Assembly: GCA_024400835.1 (NCBI GenBank)
Contig: JAKSMC010000015.1
Span: 1,859-65,858, forward strand
Length of the DNA stretch: 64,000 bases
From: Bacteroidales bacterium
GTDB taxonomy: Bacteria > Bacteroidota > Bacteroidia > Bacteroidales > WCHB1-69
Direction: 5' to 3'
Shown in pieces: positions 41,001 through 50,292 of this stretch (position 1 is its first letter; every line of letters starts with the position of its first letter). A program made the position numbers and the translations under genes. The notes under the pieces are model-generated. The model ran no database searches and had not been told where the DNA came from. It saw only the letters and a list, made by a program, of their open reading frames with translations.

Positions 41001-41202
41001 GGCCAAGGAGATCAAGATTATCGTAGATGACAAAGCCAAATACACTGACTGGTCACGCCGTGAGGACATCAAAGCCGAGCTAAAGATGAATCTGATTCTC
41101 GTGCTGTCGGAATACGGCTATCCGCCCTTCGTCAACGACGAGGTTTTCAAGGAAATCTTGGAACAGGCGGAGAATTTCAAGAAAAACGAACCTAACCCGT
41201 AG
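38047..41202 (+). CDS. hsdR: Type I restriction enzyme R subunit (DUF3387 C-terminus)
   Basis: RIPD..VNGIPVVVLEFK, ATGCGKS, DEAH, FTGTP, MWITGFD, QTISRVNR. Confidence 0.95.
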   Translation: MPFTESHLESAIIELFQQQEYDYVHGDNVVRNTTDVILYTDLRTFLQRRYQHDGITANEIETAIGQLTAAAGSSLYEDNAHTLRLLMDGFTIKREDSSRPNLFINPIDYDFPENNIFKVVNQFEVQGDEKRIPDLVVFVNGIPVVVLEFKSAIKEETTIMDAYKQLTVRYQRDIPLLFKYNAFVVISDGVNNKFGSLFADYEFFYAWRKVEQNDRSTDGINSLYTMLQGLFRKERLLEVIHNFIFLPDTPKGQMKIVCRYPQYFAATALYQNILQHSHQNGGDGKGGTYFGATGCGKSFTMLFLARLLMKSRELHSPTILFITDRTDLDDQLSKQVLNARCFIGDDTIKQVESRDQLKKLLQGRTSGGVFLTTIQKFSEDISLLSERANIVCISDEAHRSQTGLGMKLRLTDDGIRRAYGFAKYLHDSLPNATYVGFTGTPIDATVDVFGPVVDAYMMSESVADGITRKIVYEGRASKVILDAEKVKEIEEYYNRCADEGSTEYQIEESKKAMTRLDVILSDPDLLMRIAEDFVEHYERRVEEGSTVKGKAMIVCSTRQIAYYLYQNIIKLRPEWAEVKACCEGEALSEQEKKTVLPIERVKMVVTRDKNDPKELYDLLGSNDYRKQLDEQFKEEKSNFKIAIVVDMWITGFDVPALDTMYCFKPLQRHTLIQTISRVNRVYPGKDKGLVVDYLGIKNNLNLALKQYGGQGDLPLTSLETIEQSVKLTKDELDILRRMFHTFDFSAYYTGKPLEQLDCLNRAAEFVQQTKDTETQFMGHTRKMRCAYNICCNSDQLSTREIDDIHFFMAVRSIIFKLTRGTAADTASMNKHVADLIRDALISEQVEEITKIGAKEDELDLFSEQYMERLNRLKLPNTKVKLMERLLRQVIDHLQKVNKAKGIDFSQRLEAIVKNYNDRSDNTTLANEVIDEVVSQMTELLVEINHDKQQSEEMGISYEEKSFYDILMLVAKKYNFEYPEDKAIALAKEIKIIVDDKAKYTDWSRREDIKAELKMNLILVLSEYGYPPFVNDEVFKEILEQAENFKKNEPNP

Positions 41203-41226
41203 AGACGTTGCGCGCAACGTCTCTAC
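41199..41226. repeat. REP (centre TTGCGCGCAA) overlapping the hsdR stop codon
   Basis: TAG 41200-41202 is the TAG of GTAG; identical to 30237-30264. Confidence 0.92.
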
Positions 41227-41251
41227 ACCCGTCAAAATTGGAGCGAGGATT

Positions 41252-41509
41252 GAAGACCACATCGTAGCTCTTACCGACACCGTGATGCGCGTCATTCTGG
41301 AAGCGATGGGCATCCCGAACCTGTGGACCAAACCGACGGATGTGGAGGCCTTGCGCGGCAATCTCGGCACTACGCTGCGATTCTCGGGCATTCCGGAGCT
41401 GAAACAAAACAGCGACGCCATCGTGAGCGAGCTCATCAAGTTGGCGAAAAGCAACGAGAGCGTGCTGAGGAGGGGGGGTGTTGCTCTCAAAAAAATAGAT
41501 AAATCTTGA
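41252..41509 (+). pseudogene. Probable 3' relic of a different hsdR
   Basis: IPNLWTKPTDVEALRGNL..TLRFSGIPEL....AIVSELIKLAKSN resembles C-termini of some HsdR proteins (recalled, unverified). Codon usage looks coding but there is no clear start. Confidence 0.45.
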
Positions 41510-41519
41510 TTTTGTTCAT

Positions 41520-41596
41520 AAAATGTGTAAATACACATTGATTTATGTTCATAAAATGTGTAATTTTGCAGAAAATTTTCTACACAAAATGTGTAA
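41520..41596 (+). promoter_or_regulatory. Three AAAATGTGTAA boxes at exact 33-bp spacing, putative operator array
   Basis: Copies at 41520, 41553 and 41586; the second overlaps TAATTTTG (-7 motif). Confidence 0.55.
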
Positions 41597-41602
41597 ATAT
41601 TT

Positions 41603-42931
41603 ATGAAACGAAAGATTATCAAGTATTTACAAGACTGGAAAGCACAAAAGGACAGAAAGCCGCTGATCGTGAATGGTGCCCGGCAGGTGGGCAAGACCTA
41701 TTCCGTACGCGAATTTGGTCAGAGTTATGCTTCTTTCATAGAAATCAACTTTATCACGCAGCCGGAATACAAACGCATTTTCGAAAACGGCTACGCGCCA
41801 GATGAGATCATTAAATCCATCACACTCATCAATCAGAAATGCCAAATCATTCCCAATGATACGCTCATTTTTTTTGATGAATTGCAGGAATTTCCTGATT
41901 GCGCGACTTCATTGAAATTCTTCAAAGAGGACGGGCGATACGATGTCATCTGCTCCGGTTCGCTGATGGGATTGAACTACAAGGAAATCACATCCAACAG
42001 TGTGGGCTACAAAACAGATGTCACACTCTATTCCCTCGACTTTGAAGAATATCTGTGGGCATTGGGATATACGGAAGCACAAGTGGATAATATGCAGGAA
42101 CATCTTACCTCACTCACCCCGTTTTCTTCGCTGGAACTGGACACGTATTTCAAAATTTTCACCGATTACGTCATTACAGGCGGTATGCCGGAAGTGGTCA
42201 ACGATTTCTTGGGACAAGGAAATTTTTCCAACACATTGGCTCTCCAAAAGCAACTTTGCCTGGATTATGAACAAGACATCATCAAATATGCCGTCGGAAT
42301 AGAAAAGGCAAGAATCCGCAACGTATATCGCAACATTCCGGTTTTCTTAGCCAAGGAGAACAAGAAGTTCCAGATTTCAAAAGTAGCTCCGGATGCGCGT
42401 TCCCGCAACTATCGAGGCAGCGTTGACTGGCTGTGTGATGCCGGAATCGTTCACCGATGCTATGCGCTCAACCACCCCGAACTGCCGTTAAAAGGCAACT
42501 ACGACGAATTGAAATTCAAACTCTACTTTCACGACAACGGCCTGCTGATGGCCTCTTTGGACGAGGAAAGCAGCGATGACTTGCGGCGAAACCGCAACTT
42601 CGGAGTTTACAAAGGTGCGATATATGAAAACATCATTGCCGAAGCCTTGGTGAAATGCGGACTGCCGCTTTATTACTACAAAAAAGAGAACGCTCAGCTG
42701 GAAATGGACTTTTTCATCCGCGATGCCGAGCATCTGATTCCGATAGAGGTTAAAGCTAAAAACGGCAGCACCATTTCTCTCAATAATTTGATTCATAGCG
42801 CATCGTATCCCCATATCACATTCGGAATAAAACTTAGCAACAATAATATTGGCTATAACGGCAGGTTTTACACTTTCCCTTATTTTTGTGCATTTCTGTT
42901 AAAAAAATGGTTATCCTATGAAAATCGGTAG
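41603..42931 (+). CDS. AAA_14 ATPase with DUF4143 domain
   Basis: GARQVGKT, FFDELQ, SGS, GGMPE, KLYFHDNGL, EMDF...IPIEVK. Confidence 0.9.
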   Translation: MKRKIIKYLQDWKAQKDRKPLIVNGARQVGKTYSVREFGQSYASFIEINFITQPEYKRIFENGYAPDEIIKSITLINQKCQIIPNDTLIFFDELQEFPDCATSLKFFKEDGRYDVICSGSLMGLNYKEITSNSVGYKTDVTLYSLDFEEYLWALGYTEAQVDNMQEHLTSLTPFSSLELDTYFKIFTDYVITGGMPEVVNDFLGQGNFSNTLALQKQLCLDYEQDIIKYAVGIEKARIRNVYRNIPVFLAKENKKFQISKVAPDARSRNYRGSVDWLCDAGIVHRCYALNHPELPLKGNYDELKFKLYFHDNGLLMASLDEESSDDLRRNRNFGVYKGAIYENIIAEALVKCGLPLYYYKKENAQLEMDFFIRDAEHLIPIEVKAKNGSTISLNNLIHSASYPHITFGIKLSNNNIGYNGRFYTFPYFCAFLLKKWLSYENR

Positions 42932-43017
42932 TTTGGGCATAGCAATCCGTCGCTCGGCACGCAAGAAAACTATTACGGTCAATGTTGAGCGCGACAGTAG
43001 TATGAATGCCGCAGCAA

Positions 43018-43052
43018 ACAAACCTGAAACCTGAAACTTGAAACCTGAAACC
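43018..43052. repeat. GAAACYT heptamer tract
   Basis: aaacctgaaacctgaaacttgaaacctgaaacc. Confidence 0.75.
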
Positions 43053-43091
43053 AAAAGAGCGTCCCCCACGAATCGCAGAGGACGCTCTTTT
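43053..43091. terminator. Bidirectional terminator
   Basis: AAAAGAGCGTCC / GGACGCTCTTTT arms between convergent genes. Confidence 0.75.
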
Positions 43092-43141
43092 TTGTTTATT
43101 ATTCAATCAGTTCACTGTTTTCAGTTCACTGACCTCTATTC

Positions 43142-45373
43142 TTACAACAAGGAGAATGCTACGGTAAGACCAGCCATTACGATGGATACCATACTCATCA
43201 ATTTGATAAGGATGTTCAAGGAAGGACCGGATGTGTCTTTGAACGGGTCACCAACGGTGTCGCCAACGACAGTAGCCTTGTGGTTGTCAGAACCCTTGCC
43301 ACCGAAGTTGCCTTCTTCGACATACTTCTTAGCATTGTCCCATGCACCACCGGAGTTGGCCATGAAGATAGCCAATACGAAACCACAACCCAGACCGCCA
43401 ACAAGCAGACCGAGAACACCTGCCACGCCGAGGATGACACCCGTCAAAATCGGAGCGAGGATGGCGAGGATGGACGGCAACAACATTTCGTGTTGTGCAC
43501 CCTTTGTGGAGATAGCCACGCAACGTGCGTAGTCAGGAGTACCTTCACCCGTGAGGATACCCTTGATTTCACGGAACTGACGACGAACTTCTTCTACCAT
43601 CTTCTGGGCAGCACGACCAACAGCGTTCATCGTGAGACCGCAGAACAAGAAGGCCATCATAGAACCGATGAATACGCCAACGAGCACTTTCGGGTTCATC
43701 AAGCTGACATTGTACCAGCTCATAAAGTCGATAAGAGTAGCATTGGAGAGTTCTTCAGCTGTCTTTTCAACGCCTTCAGCGACGTATGCCAAACCGTCAG
43801 ATGCGCCATCAGCGATACGGATGAGGGCCATCTTGATTTCTTCTACATAGGAAGCAAGCAATGCGAGAGCGGTCAAAGCAGCAGAACCGATGGCGAAACC
43901 TTTACCTGTAGCAGCGGTAGTGTTGCCAAGTGCGTCGAGAGCGTCAGTACGTTTACGAACTTCAGGTTCAAGACCGCTCATTTCAGCGTTACCACCAGCA
44001 TTGTCGGCGATAGGACCGTAAGCATCCGTTGCCAAAGTGATACCGAGCGTAGAAAGCATACCTACAGCAGCAATACCGATACCGTACAAACCGAGAGAGA
44101 GGTTTTGAGCGGTGAAAGCGATTTGGAAACCGTTAGCGCACAAGAAAGCGAGGATGATAGCCACGCCAATGGTGAGCACTGGAATAACGGTAGAAATCAT
44201 ACCGAGACCAAGACCGGAAATGATAACGGTAGCAGGACCAGTTTGAGAAGATTCAGCCACCTTTTGGGTAGGTTTGTAAGATTGAGAAGTGTAATATTCA
44301 GTGGATTTACCAATGATTACACCAGCGAGAAGACCAACGACGACAGAAAGGGAAACGTGCCACCACATAGCATCTTGCGTACCGAAAACGAGTGCGAAGA
44401 TTACGAAAGTAGCGATAGCGATAAGGATAGCAGCAGTGTTGGTACCACGGCTGAGGGCCTTAAGCAATTGGGTCATGTTAGCTTCTTCTTTCGTACGAAC
44501 GATGAAGATACCGATGATAGAAAGGATAACGCCGACAGCAGCAATCATCATTGGAGCGAGGATAGATTTCATCTGCATTTCAGCACCGATGGTAGCGAAA
44601 GCAGCAGCACCGAGAGCCATCGTAGAGAGGATGGAGCCAGCGTATGATTCGTAAAGGTCAGCGCCCATACCGGCAACGTCGCCTACGTTGTCACCAACGT
44701 TATCAGCGATAGTAGCGGGGTTACGTGGGTCATCTTCAGGGATGTTGAATTCCGTCTTACCAACGAGGTCGGCGCCAACGTCAGCAGCCTTGGTGTAGAT
44801 ACCGCCGCCAACACGAGCGAAGAGAGCCTGTGTGGAAGCACCCATACCGAAGGTCAGCATCGTAGTGGTGATGATGACGAGATGGTTGGTTTCAGGAATG
44901 CAGGCGTTGAGGATGAGGAACCATGCGGAGACGTCCAAAAGGGCGAGACCAACAACCGTGAGGCCCATGACAGCACCACTACGGAAAGCCACTTGCAAAC
45001 CTTTGTTCAAGGATTGGCGAGCGCCGTTAGCGGTACGTGCAGAAGCATAGGTGGCGGTCTTCATACCGAGGAAGCCTGCCAAACCGGAGAAGAAACCACC
45101 GGTGAGGAATGCGAACCACACCCAGCCGTTCTGCAAATCGAACAGGGACATTACAAAGAACAAAACAGCCAAGATGACGAACACGATGGTCACCACTTTG
45201 TACTGTTGTTTCAAATAAGCCATAGCGCCTTTGCGCACGTGAGCTGCAATTTCGCGCATTGTAGGAGTACCTTCATCTTCTTTCAACATTCTGCGATAGA
45301 AGAAAAATGCAAAACCCAGCGCTACGATGGATGCGATGAACACAATCCATACATACTTTACAAGATTTTCCAT
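43142..45373 (-). CDS. hppA: Membrane-bound cation-translocating pyrophosphatase (K+-dependent, Na+ or Na+/H+ type)
   Basis: [25 protein letters not shown] (Ala indicates K+-dependence), [10 protein letters not shown]. Confidence 0.95.
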   Translation of the reverse strand: MENLVKYVWIVFIASIVALGFAFFFYRRMLKEDEGTPTMREIAAHVRKGAMAYLKQQYKVVTIVFVILAVLFFVMSLFDLQNGWVWFAFLTGGFFSGLAGFLGMKTATYASARTANGARQSLNKGLQVAFRSGAVMGLTVVGLALLDVSAWFLILNACIPETNHLVIITTTMLTFGMGASTQALFARVGGGIYTKAADVGADLVGKTEFNIPEDDPRNPATIADNVGDNVGDVAGMGADLYESYAGSILSTMALGAAAFATIGAEMQMKSILAPMMIAAVGVILSIIGIFIVRTKEEANMTQLLKALSRGTNTAAILIAIATFVIFALVFGTQDAMWWHVSLSVVVGLLAGVIIGKSTEYYTSQSYKPTQKVAESSQTGPATVIISGLGLGMISTVIPVLTIGVAIILAFLCANGFQIAFTAQNLSLGLYGIGIAAVGMLSTLGITLATDAYGPIADNAGGNAEMSGLEPEVRKRTDALDALGNTTAATGKGFAIGSAALTALALLASYVEEIKMALIRIADGASDGLAYVAEGVEKTAEELSNATLIDFMSWYNVSLMNPKVLVGVFIGSMMAFLFCGLTMNAVGRAAQKMVEEVRRQFREIKGILTGEGTPDYARCVAISTKGAQHEMLLPSILAILAPILTGVILGVAGVLGLLVGGLGCGFVLAIFMANSGGAWDNAKKYVEEGNFGGKGSDNHKATVVGDTVGDPFKDTSGPSLNILIKLMSMVSIVMAGLTVAFSLL

Positions 45374-45502
45374 AAATAAAATTGTTTTAAAGTGTTAATA
45401 ATTAGAATTATATAATATTTCTTACTTTTTTTCACGAAAAGCGCAAAAATAAAAAAAATACTATATAAATAATACTTTGCTAAAAAGTATGGCGAAGGAG
45501 AG

Positions 45503-45545
45503 TTTAAGGTTTAAAGCTAATGGCTAACAGCTAACGACTAATGGC
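45503..45545. repeat. Microsatellite mosaic, reverse orientation (AAGGTTT / CTAAyrg)
   Basis: Reverse complement of the blocks at 7811 and 17093. Confidence 0.65.
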
Positions 45546-45593
45546 AAACATTACCTCTATTTTTGTATCTTTGCGCCCCTAAAAAATTCTATT

Positions 45594-46820
45594 ATGAATA
45601 ACAAGTACAAACTCGTATGCACCAAGTGCGGAAAGGTCATCGAAGACTTTGCACAATGGTTTGAAATGAACCAGCAATGTGACTGCGGATGCAAGCGCGC
45701 AGATGTAGTTTACTCTGCTGATTACCATAAGATTACAGAACTCACAAAAGCCGAACACAGGCCTGAGAACTTCTATCACTACTTCGATTTCCTGCCTGTG
45801 ATGGACAAGGCGAACATCGTCTCCTTTGGCGAAGGTGCCATCCCCATCGAGGAGTGGGATTTCTTAGAAAAATTTGCCAAAGAGAAATACGGCATCGACT
45901 GCAAGGCTATGGTCTATCGCAACGACCTGAACGGCGGCACCAACACTTTCAAAGACATAGCCGCATCATTGGCAGCGTCCGTCTTCAAAGAGAACGGCGT
46001 TAAGGAGTTCTGCGTGGCCTCCACCGGCAACACCGCAACGGCCTACAGCCGCTATTTAGCCAAAGCCGGCATCAAGTTCACCGTGTTCGTTCCCAACGAC
46101 GTATGTCCTGACACCGTAGAAGCCATCCGTTCCTACGGTCAGAACGTGGTCATCAGCGAAGGCAACTACGGAGCCGCCAAGAAAGAGGCTGCCGACTTCC
46201 ATCAGAAGAACCACGTACTGATGTCCGCCGGCAACATCGACCCGCTGCGCGTGGAGGGCAAAAAGACTATGGTGTTCGAATATCTCCGCCAGATCGGCAA
46301 GATGCCCGACGTCTATATCCAAGCCGTAGCCGGCGGCACGGGCCCCATCGCTTTGGACAAAGGCGTGCGCGATATGCAGACCACGTTCCCAGACGTGAAG
46401 CTGCCCCGTATGCTGCTCATCCAACAGGACACCTGCGACCCGATGGTCCAAGGCTGGAACAATGCCGTGGCCAACAACTTCCCCGAAGGTTATGAGAACG
46501 ACTACCCCGTCATTGCCAACCCGAAGACGATGGTATCCATCCTCTCCACAGGCAATCCCGGGATGTTCCCCATCGTAGCCCCAATCGTGAGAAAGAGCGG
46601 CGGCACGTTCCTGCAAGTCAAGGAAAGCGACCTCGTGGATTTCGGCAAGCTGGTCAAGAAAGAGCGCGGCATCTACTTCGGACCTGCCTCCATCGTCTGC
46701 CTCGCCGGATTCTTCAAAGCATTGGAAAGCGGACAAATCCATAACGGAGAGACGGTTCTGCTCAACACCGGCGAAGGTGCGGCAAGGGCACAGTTCTTCA
46801 AGGATCTGATTGACAAATAG
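45594..46820 (+). CDS. Threonine synthase-like PLP-dependent enzyme
   Basis: N-terminal CxxC..CxC, TNTFKD (PLP Lys), ASTGNT, RVEGKKT, LNTG. Confidence 0.75.
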   Translation: MNNKYKLVCTKCGKVIEDFAQWFEMNQQCDCGCKRADVVYSADYHKITELTKAEHRPENFYHYFDFLPVMDKANIVSFGEGAIPIEEWDFLEKFAKEKYGIDCKAMVYRNDLNGGTNTFKDIAASLAASVFKENGVKEFCVASTGNTATAYSRYLAKAGIKFTVFVPNDVCPDTVEAIRSYGQNVVISEGNYGAAKKEAADFHQKNHVLMSAGNIDPLRVEGKKTMVFEYLRQIGKMPDVYIQAVAGGTGPIALDKGVRDMQTTFPDVKLPRMLLIQQDTCDPMVQGWNNAVANNFPEGYENDYPVIANPKTMVSILSTGNPGMFPIVAPIVRKSGGTFLQVKESDLVDFGKLVKKERGIYFGPASIVCLAGFFKALESGQIHNGETVLLNTGEGAARAQFFKDLIDK

Positions 46821-46927
46821 GCATTTTTCAACAAAAAGAGCCGACGAAACGTCATTGCGTCTTAAAAAGTTCTATGCGTCTTTGCGAGATAGACTTTGCG
46901 CCTCTGCGGTAAAAAACATTCTGACTA

Positions 46928-47728
46928 ATGAAGAAATATGCAAATAAAGTAGTGTGGATTACGGGGTCTTCGTCCGGGATAGGACGGGCCACGGCCATGC
47001 GTTTCGCCCAAGAGGGTGCCACTTTGATTCTGACAGCGCTCGAAGCCGACCTGCTGCAAGACGTGAGAACGGAATGTCTGAGCCTCGGCTCACCATCCGT
47101 CACCACCCTGCCCTTCGACCTGTCGCAGATTGACGATCTGCCCAGATTGGCAGAAAACGCCCTGAGCGCCTACGGGCATATAGACGTATTCTACAACAAC
47201 GCCGGCATCAGCCAACGCGGCACCACGGTGGAAACGGACATGAAGGTCATCCGCAAGGTTATGGACATCGACTACTTCGCGCCCGTCATCCTCACCAAGG
47301 CAGTGCTGCCCAGAATGATTGAGCAAGGCGGCGGTCAATTAGCGGTCACCACGAGCATCAACGGCTGTTTCGGGTTCCCGCTGCGCTGCGCCTACTCGTC
47401 GGCCAAGCACGCATTGTACGGCTTTTTCGAGACAATCGCCGCTGAAAACTACAAGGACAACATCCGCGTCACCATCGTCACGCCGGGCCGCGTGCAAACC
47501 AACATTTCCCTAAACGCACTGGAAAAAGACGGCAGCAAACACGGCAAGATGGACGCAGGACAGGCCAACGGCATAACCCCGGAAAAGGCCGCTGACAAAA
47601 TCGTCAACGCCATCTACAAAAAGAAAAACGAAGTCCTCGTCGGCAGCGGCGAACTCGTAATGGTCTATATCAAGCGCTTCTTCCCGAGGCTTTGCGCCAA
47701 AATCGCCAGAAGCATTAACGCGATGTGA
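46928..47728 (+). CDS. Short-chain dehydrogenase/reductase
   Basis: TGSSSGIG, NNAG, YSSAK. Confidence 0.92.
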   Translation: MKKYANKVVWITGSSSGIGRATAMRFAQEGATLILTALEADLLQDVRTECLSLGSPSVTTLPFDLSQIDDLPRLAENALSAYGHIDVFYNNAGISQRGTTVETDMKVIRKVMDIDYFAPVILTKAVLPRMIEQGGGQLAVTTSINGCFGFPLRCAYSSAKHALYGFFETIAAENYKDNIRVTIVTPGRVQTNISLNALEKDGSKHGKMDAGQANGITPEKAADKIVNAIYKKKNEVLVGSGELVMVYIKRFFPRLCAKIARSINAM

Positions 47729-47803
47729 CAAGCTAAATTCAAAATCTAAAAATCTATAGGGACGCATCGAACACGTCCACAACGACAAAAAACATACAAC
47801 CCA

Positions 47804-48832
47804 ATGAGAAGTTTCGGCAGTGACAACAATTCCGGAGTTCATCCGAAGATTATGGAAGCCTTGATGCTTGCCAACTCCGACCATTCCCTGGCCTACGGAG
47901 ACGACTTATGGACAGAGCAGGCAATAGCAGATCTGAAAGCCTGTTTTGGCGAAAACGCAGAACCATTCTTTGTTTTTAACGGAACAGGCGCTAACGTCTG
48001 CGCCATCCGTGCGTGTTGCAGGCCCTGGGAGTCCGTAATCTGTGCCAAGAGTGCGCACATAGCCGTCGACGAATGCGGAGCGCCCGGGTATCTGAGCGGT
48101 GCCGCCGTCAAAGAAATTGACACACCCAACGGCAAACTAACGCCCGAATTGGTCAAGCCCCAGTTGCACGGCTTCGGCTTCGAGCACCATTCTCAACCCA
48201 AGCTCATCTACATCTCACAGGTCAGCGAACTCGGCACGGTATATACAACCGACGAAATTCGCGCTTTGGCAGATTTCGCCCACTCCTACGGCATGTACCT
48301 CCATATGGATGGCGCACGCATTGCCAACGCGGCTGTCGCCTTAGGCAAAACCGTCAAGGAGATATCCGTAGACTGCGGCGTGGACATTCTCAGTTTCGGC
48401 GGCACCAAAAACGGCTGCATGATGGCCGAATCCGTCATCTCCTTCCGCCCCGAGCTTGCTGAAAATATGAAGTACCTCCGCAAGCAGTCCAGCCAACTTT
48501 GCTCCAAGATGCGTTATCTTTCCGCCCAATTCTCTGCCTACGTCAAAGACGGGCTGCTATATCGCAACGCGCAAAACGCCAATGATATGGCAAAACTACT
48601 TCGAGCAGAACTTGAAACGCTCGGATGCGAATTCACACAGCAGACGGATGCCAACACCCTGTTGCTGAAAATGCGCCCCGAAATTGCAGACGAGTTAGTG
48701 AAAAATCATTTCTTCTACGTCTGGGACGAAGACACCAACGAAATCCGTTTCGTTACATCCTGGGACACAACGGCACAGGACATCCAGGAAATGATTACAG
48801 ACTTGAAAGCACTTTTATCAAGCAATAAATAA
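47804..48832 (+). CDS. ltaE: Low-specificity L-threonine aldolase
   Basis: FGSDN, YGDD, GTGAN, HMDGARIAN, GGTKNG, SKMR. Confidence 0.88.
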   Translation: MRSFGSDNNSGVHPKIMEALMLANSDHSLAYGDDLWTEQAIADLKACFGENAEPFFVFNGTGANVCAIRACCRPWESVICAKSAHIAVDECGAPGYLSGAAVKEIDTPNGKLTPELVKPQLHGFGFEHHSQPKLIYISQVSELGTVYTTDEIRALADFAHSYGMYLHMDGARIANAAVALGKTVKEISVDCGVDILSFGGTKNGCMMAESVISFRPELAENMKYLRKQSSQLCSKMRYLSAQFSAYVKDGLLYRNAQNANDMAKLLRAELETLGCEFTQQTDANTLLLKMRPEIADELVKNHFFYVWDEDTNEIRFVTSWDTTAQDIQEMITDLKALLSSNK

Positions 48833-48849
48833 TTAAAAAACATATCCTC

Positions 48850-50256
48850 ATGAAAAAATTATTCCTTATCTCATTAGCCGTCAGCAGCATCCTCTTTGCT
48901 GGCGCACAGAACATCAACAAGAACGGCGGGCTGTCCAAGGACCAAATCAAGGCGCTGCAGAGTTCTTATAAATCCACAGGTGCCGACAAAGCGCTTCGCA
49001 ACGCCGTAGTCACCAACGACATCAACAAGTTGGCCAAAAACTACGACAACAACACCGCCTTCGACGCACATTTCTCCAACCAAGTGCCCTCCAAGGCCAT
49101 CACCGACCAGGAATCTTCCGGCCGCTGCTGGATGTTCACGGGTATGAACGTATTACGCGCAAAAGCCATCAAAAAGTACGACCTTCCGTCCGACTTCCAA
49201 TTCTCCCAGTGCTACACATTCTTCTGGGACCAACTCGAGAAATCAAATCTCTTCCTGCAGGCAATCCTCGACAACCGCGCCAAATCTATGGAAGATGAGA
49301 ACGTGAAATGGCTGTTCCAAAATCCGCTGAGCGACGGCGGCCAGTTCACCGGTATTGCCAACTTGGTGACCAAATACGGCATCATGCCCAAAGAAGCCAT
49401 GCCTGAGACATACAGCACGAATCACACTTCGCAAATCTCCTCTCTCATCAAACTGAAACTGCGCGAAGACGCTCTCGTACTGCGCGACATGGCTAACAAC
49501 AAAAGCACCACAGAAAAGCAACTTCAAGACAAGAAGATGGAGATGCTGCAGACTGTTTACAGAATGCTCGCAGTATCCTTTGGCGAACCGCCTGCCGAGT
49601 TCACCTGGACACAGCGCGACTCCAAAGGCAATGTGGTCAGCACGGAGACATACACCCCGAAATCCTTCGCCGAAAAATTCGCCAACGAAGATTTCAGCAC
49701 CTATTATATGGTCATGAACGACCCGACCCGCGATTACTACAAGGTTTATGAAATCGAATACGACCGCCACGTCTATGACGGACAAAACTGGAAATTCCTC
49801 AACCTGCCGATGAACGAAATCGCCGATATGGCCATCGCATCCATCAAGGACAGCACCAACATGTACTTCTCCTGCGATGTCGGCAAATTCCTCGACCGCG
49901 ACTTAGGCTATATGGACGTCAACAACTACGATTACGGTTCCCTTTTCGGCACCACCTTCAATATGGACAAAAAGCAACGTATCGCCACCTACGCCAGCAT
50001 GTCATCACACGCCATGACCCTCTGCGCTGTCGATCTCGACAAAGACGGCAAGCCGCTCAAATGGATGGTTGAAAACAGTTGGGGCAGCAAATACGGCCAC
50101 AACGGCTTCCTCATCATGACCAACGAATGGTTCAACGAATATATGTTCCGCTTGGTTGTGGAATCCAAATATATTCCTGCAGCCACCCTTAAACTTTTCG
50201 ATCAAAAACCTATCATGCTCCCCGCTTGGGACCCATTGTTTGCCCCAGAAGAGTAA
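48850..50256 (+). CDS. pepC: Aminopeptidase C (C1B, bleomycin hydrolase family), secreted
   Basis: QESSGRCW, HAM and VENSWG catalytic motifs; signal peptide. Confidence 0.9.
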   Translation: MKKLFLISLAVSSILFAGAQNINKNGGLSKDQIKALQSSYKSTGADKALRNAVVTNDINKLAKNYDNNTAFDAHFSNQVPSKAITDQESSGRCWMFTGMNVLRAKAIKKYDLPSDFQFSQCYTFFWDQLEKSNLFLQAILDNRAKSMEDENVKWLFQNPLSDGGQFTGIANLVTKYGIMPKEAMPETYSTNHTSQISSLIKLKLREDALVLRDMANNKSTTEKQLQDKKMEMLQTVYRMLAVSFGEPPAEFTWTQRDSKGNVVSTETYTPKSFAEKFANEDFSTYYMVMNDPTRDYYKVYEIEYDRHVYDGQNWKFLNLPMNEIADMAIASIKDSTNMYFSCDVGKFLDRDLGYMDVNNYDYGSLFGTTFNMDKKQRIATYASMSSHAMTLCAVDLDKDGKPLKWMVENSWGSKYGHNGFLIMTNEWFNEYMFRLVVESKYIPAATLKLFDQKPIMLPAWDPLFAPEE

Positions 50257-50292
50257 TTTATTAGGTTTTAATCATTTATAAAAATATCAATT

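Larger units (their letters stand above)
19794..42931. other. Defence island (Hhe-like gene, type I RM operon with cargo, RAYT/REP elements)
   Basis: Contiguous defence-type genes between housekeeping genes, with compositional patchiness. No integrase or att site recognised. Confidence 0.75.
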
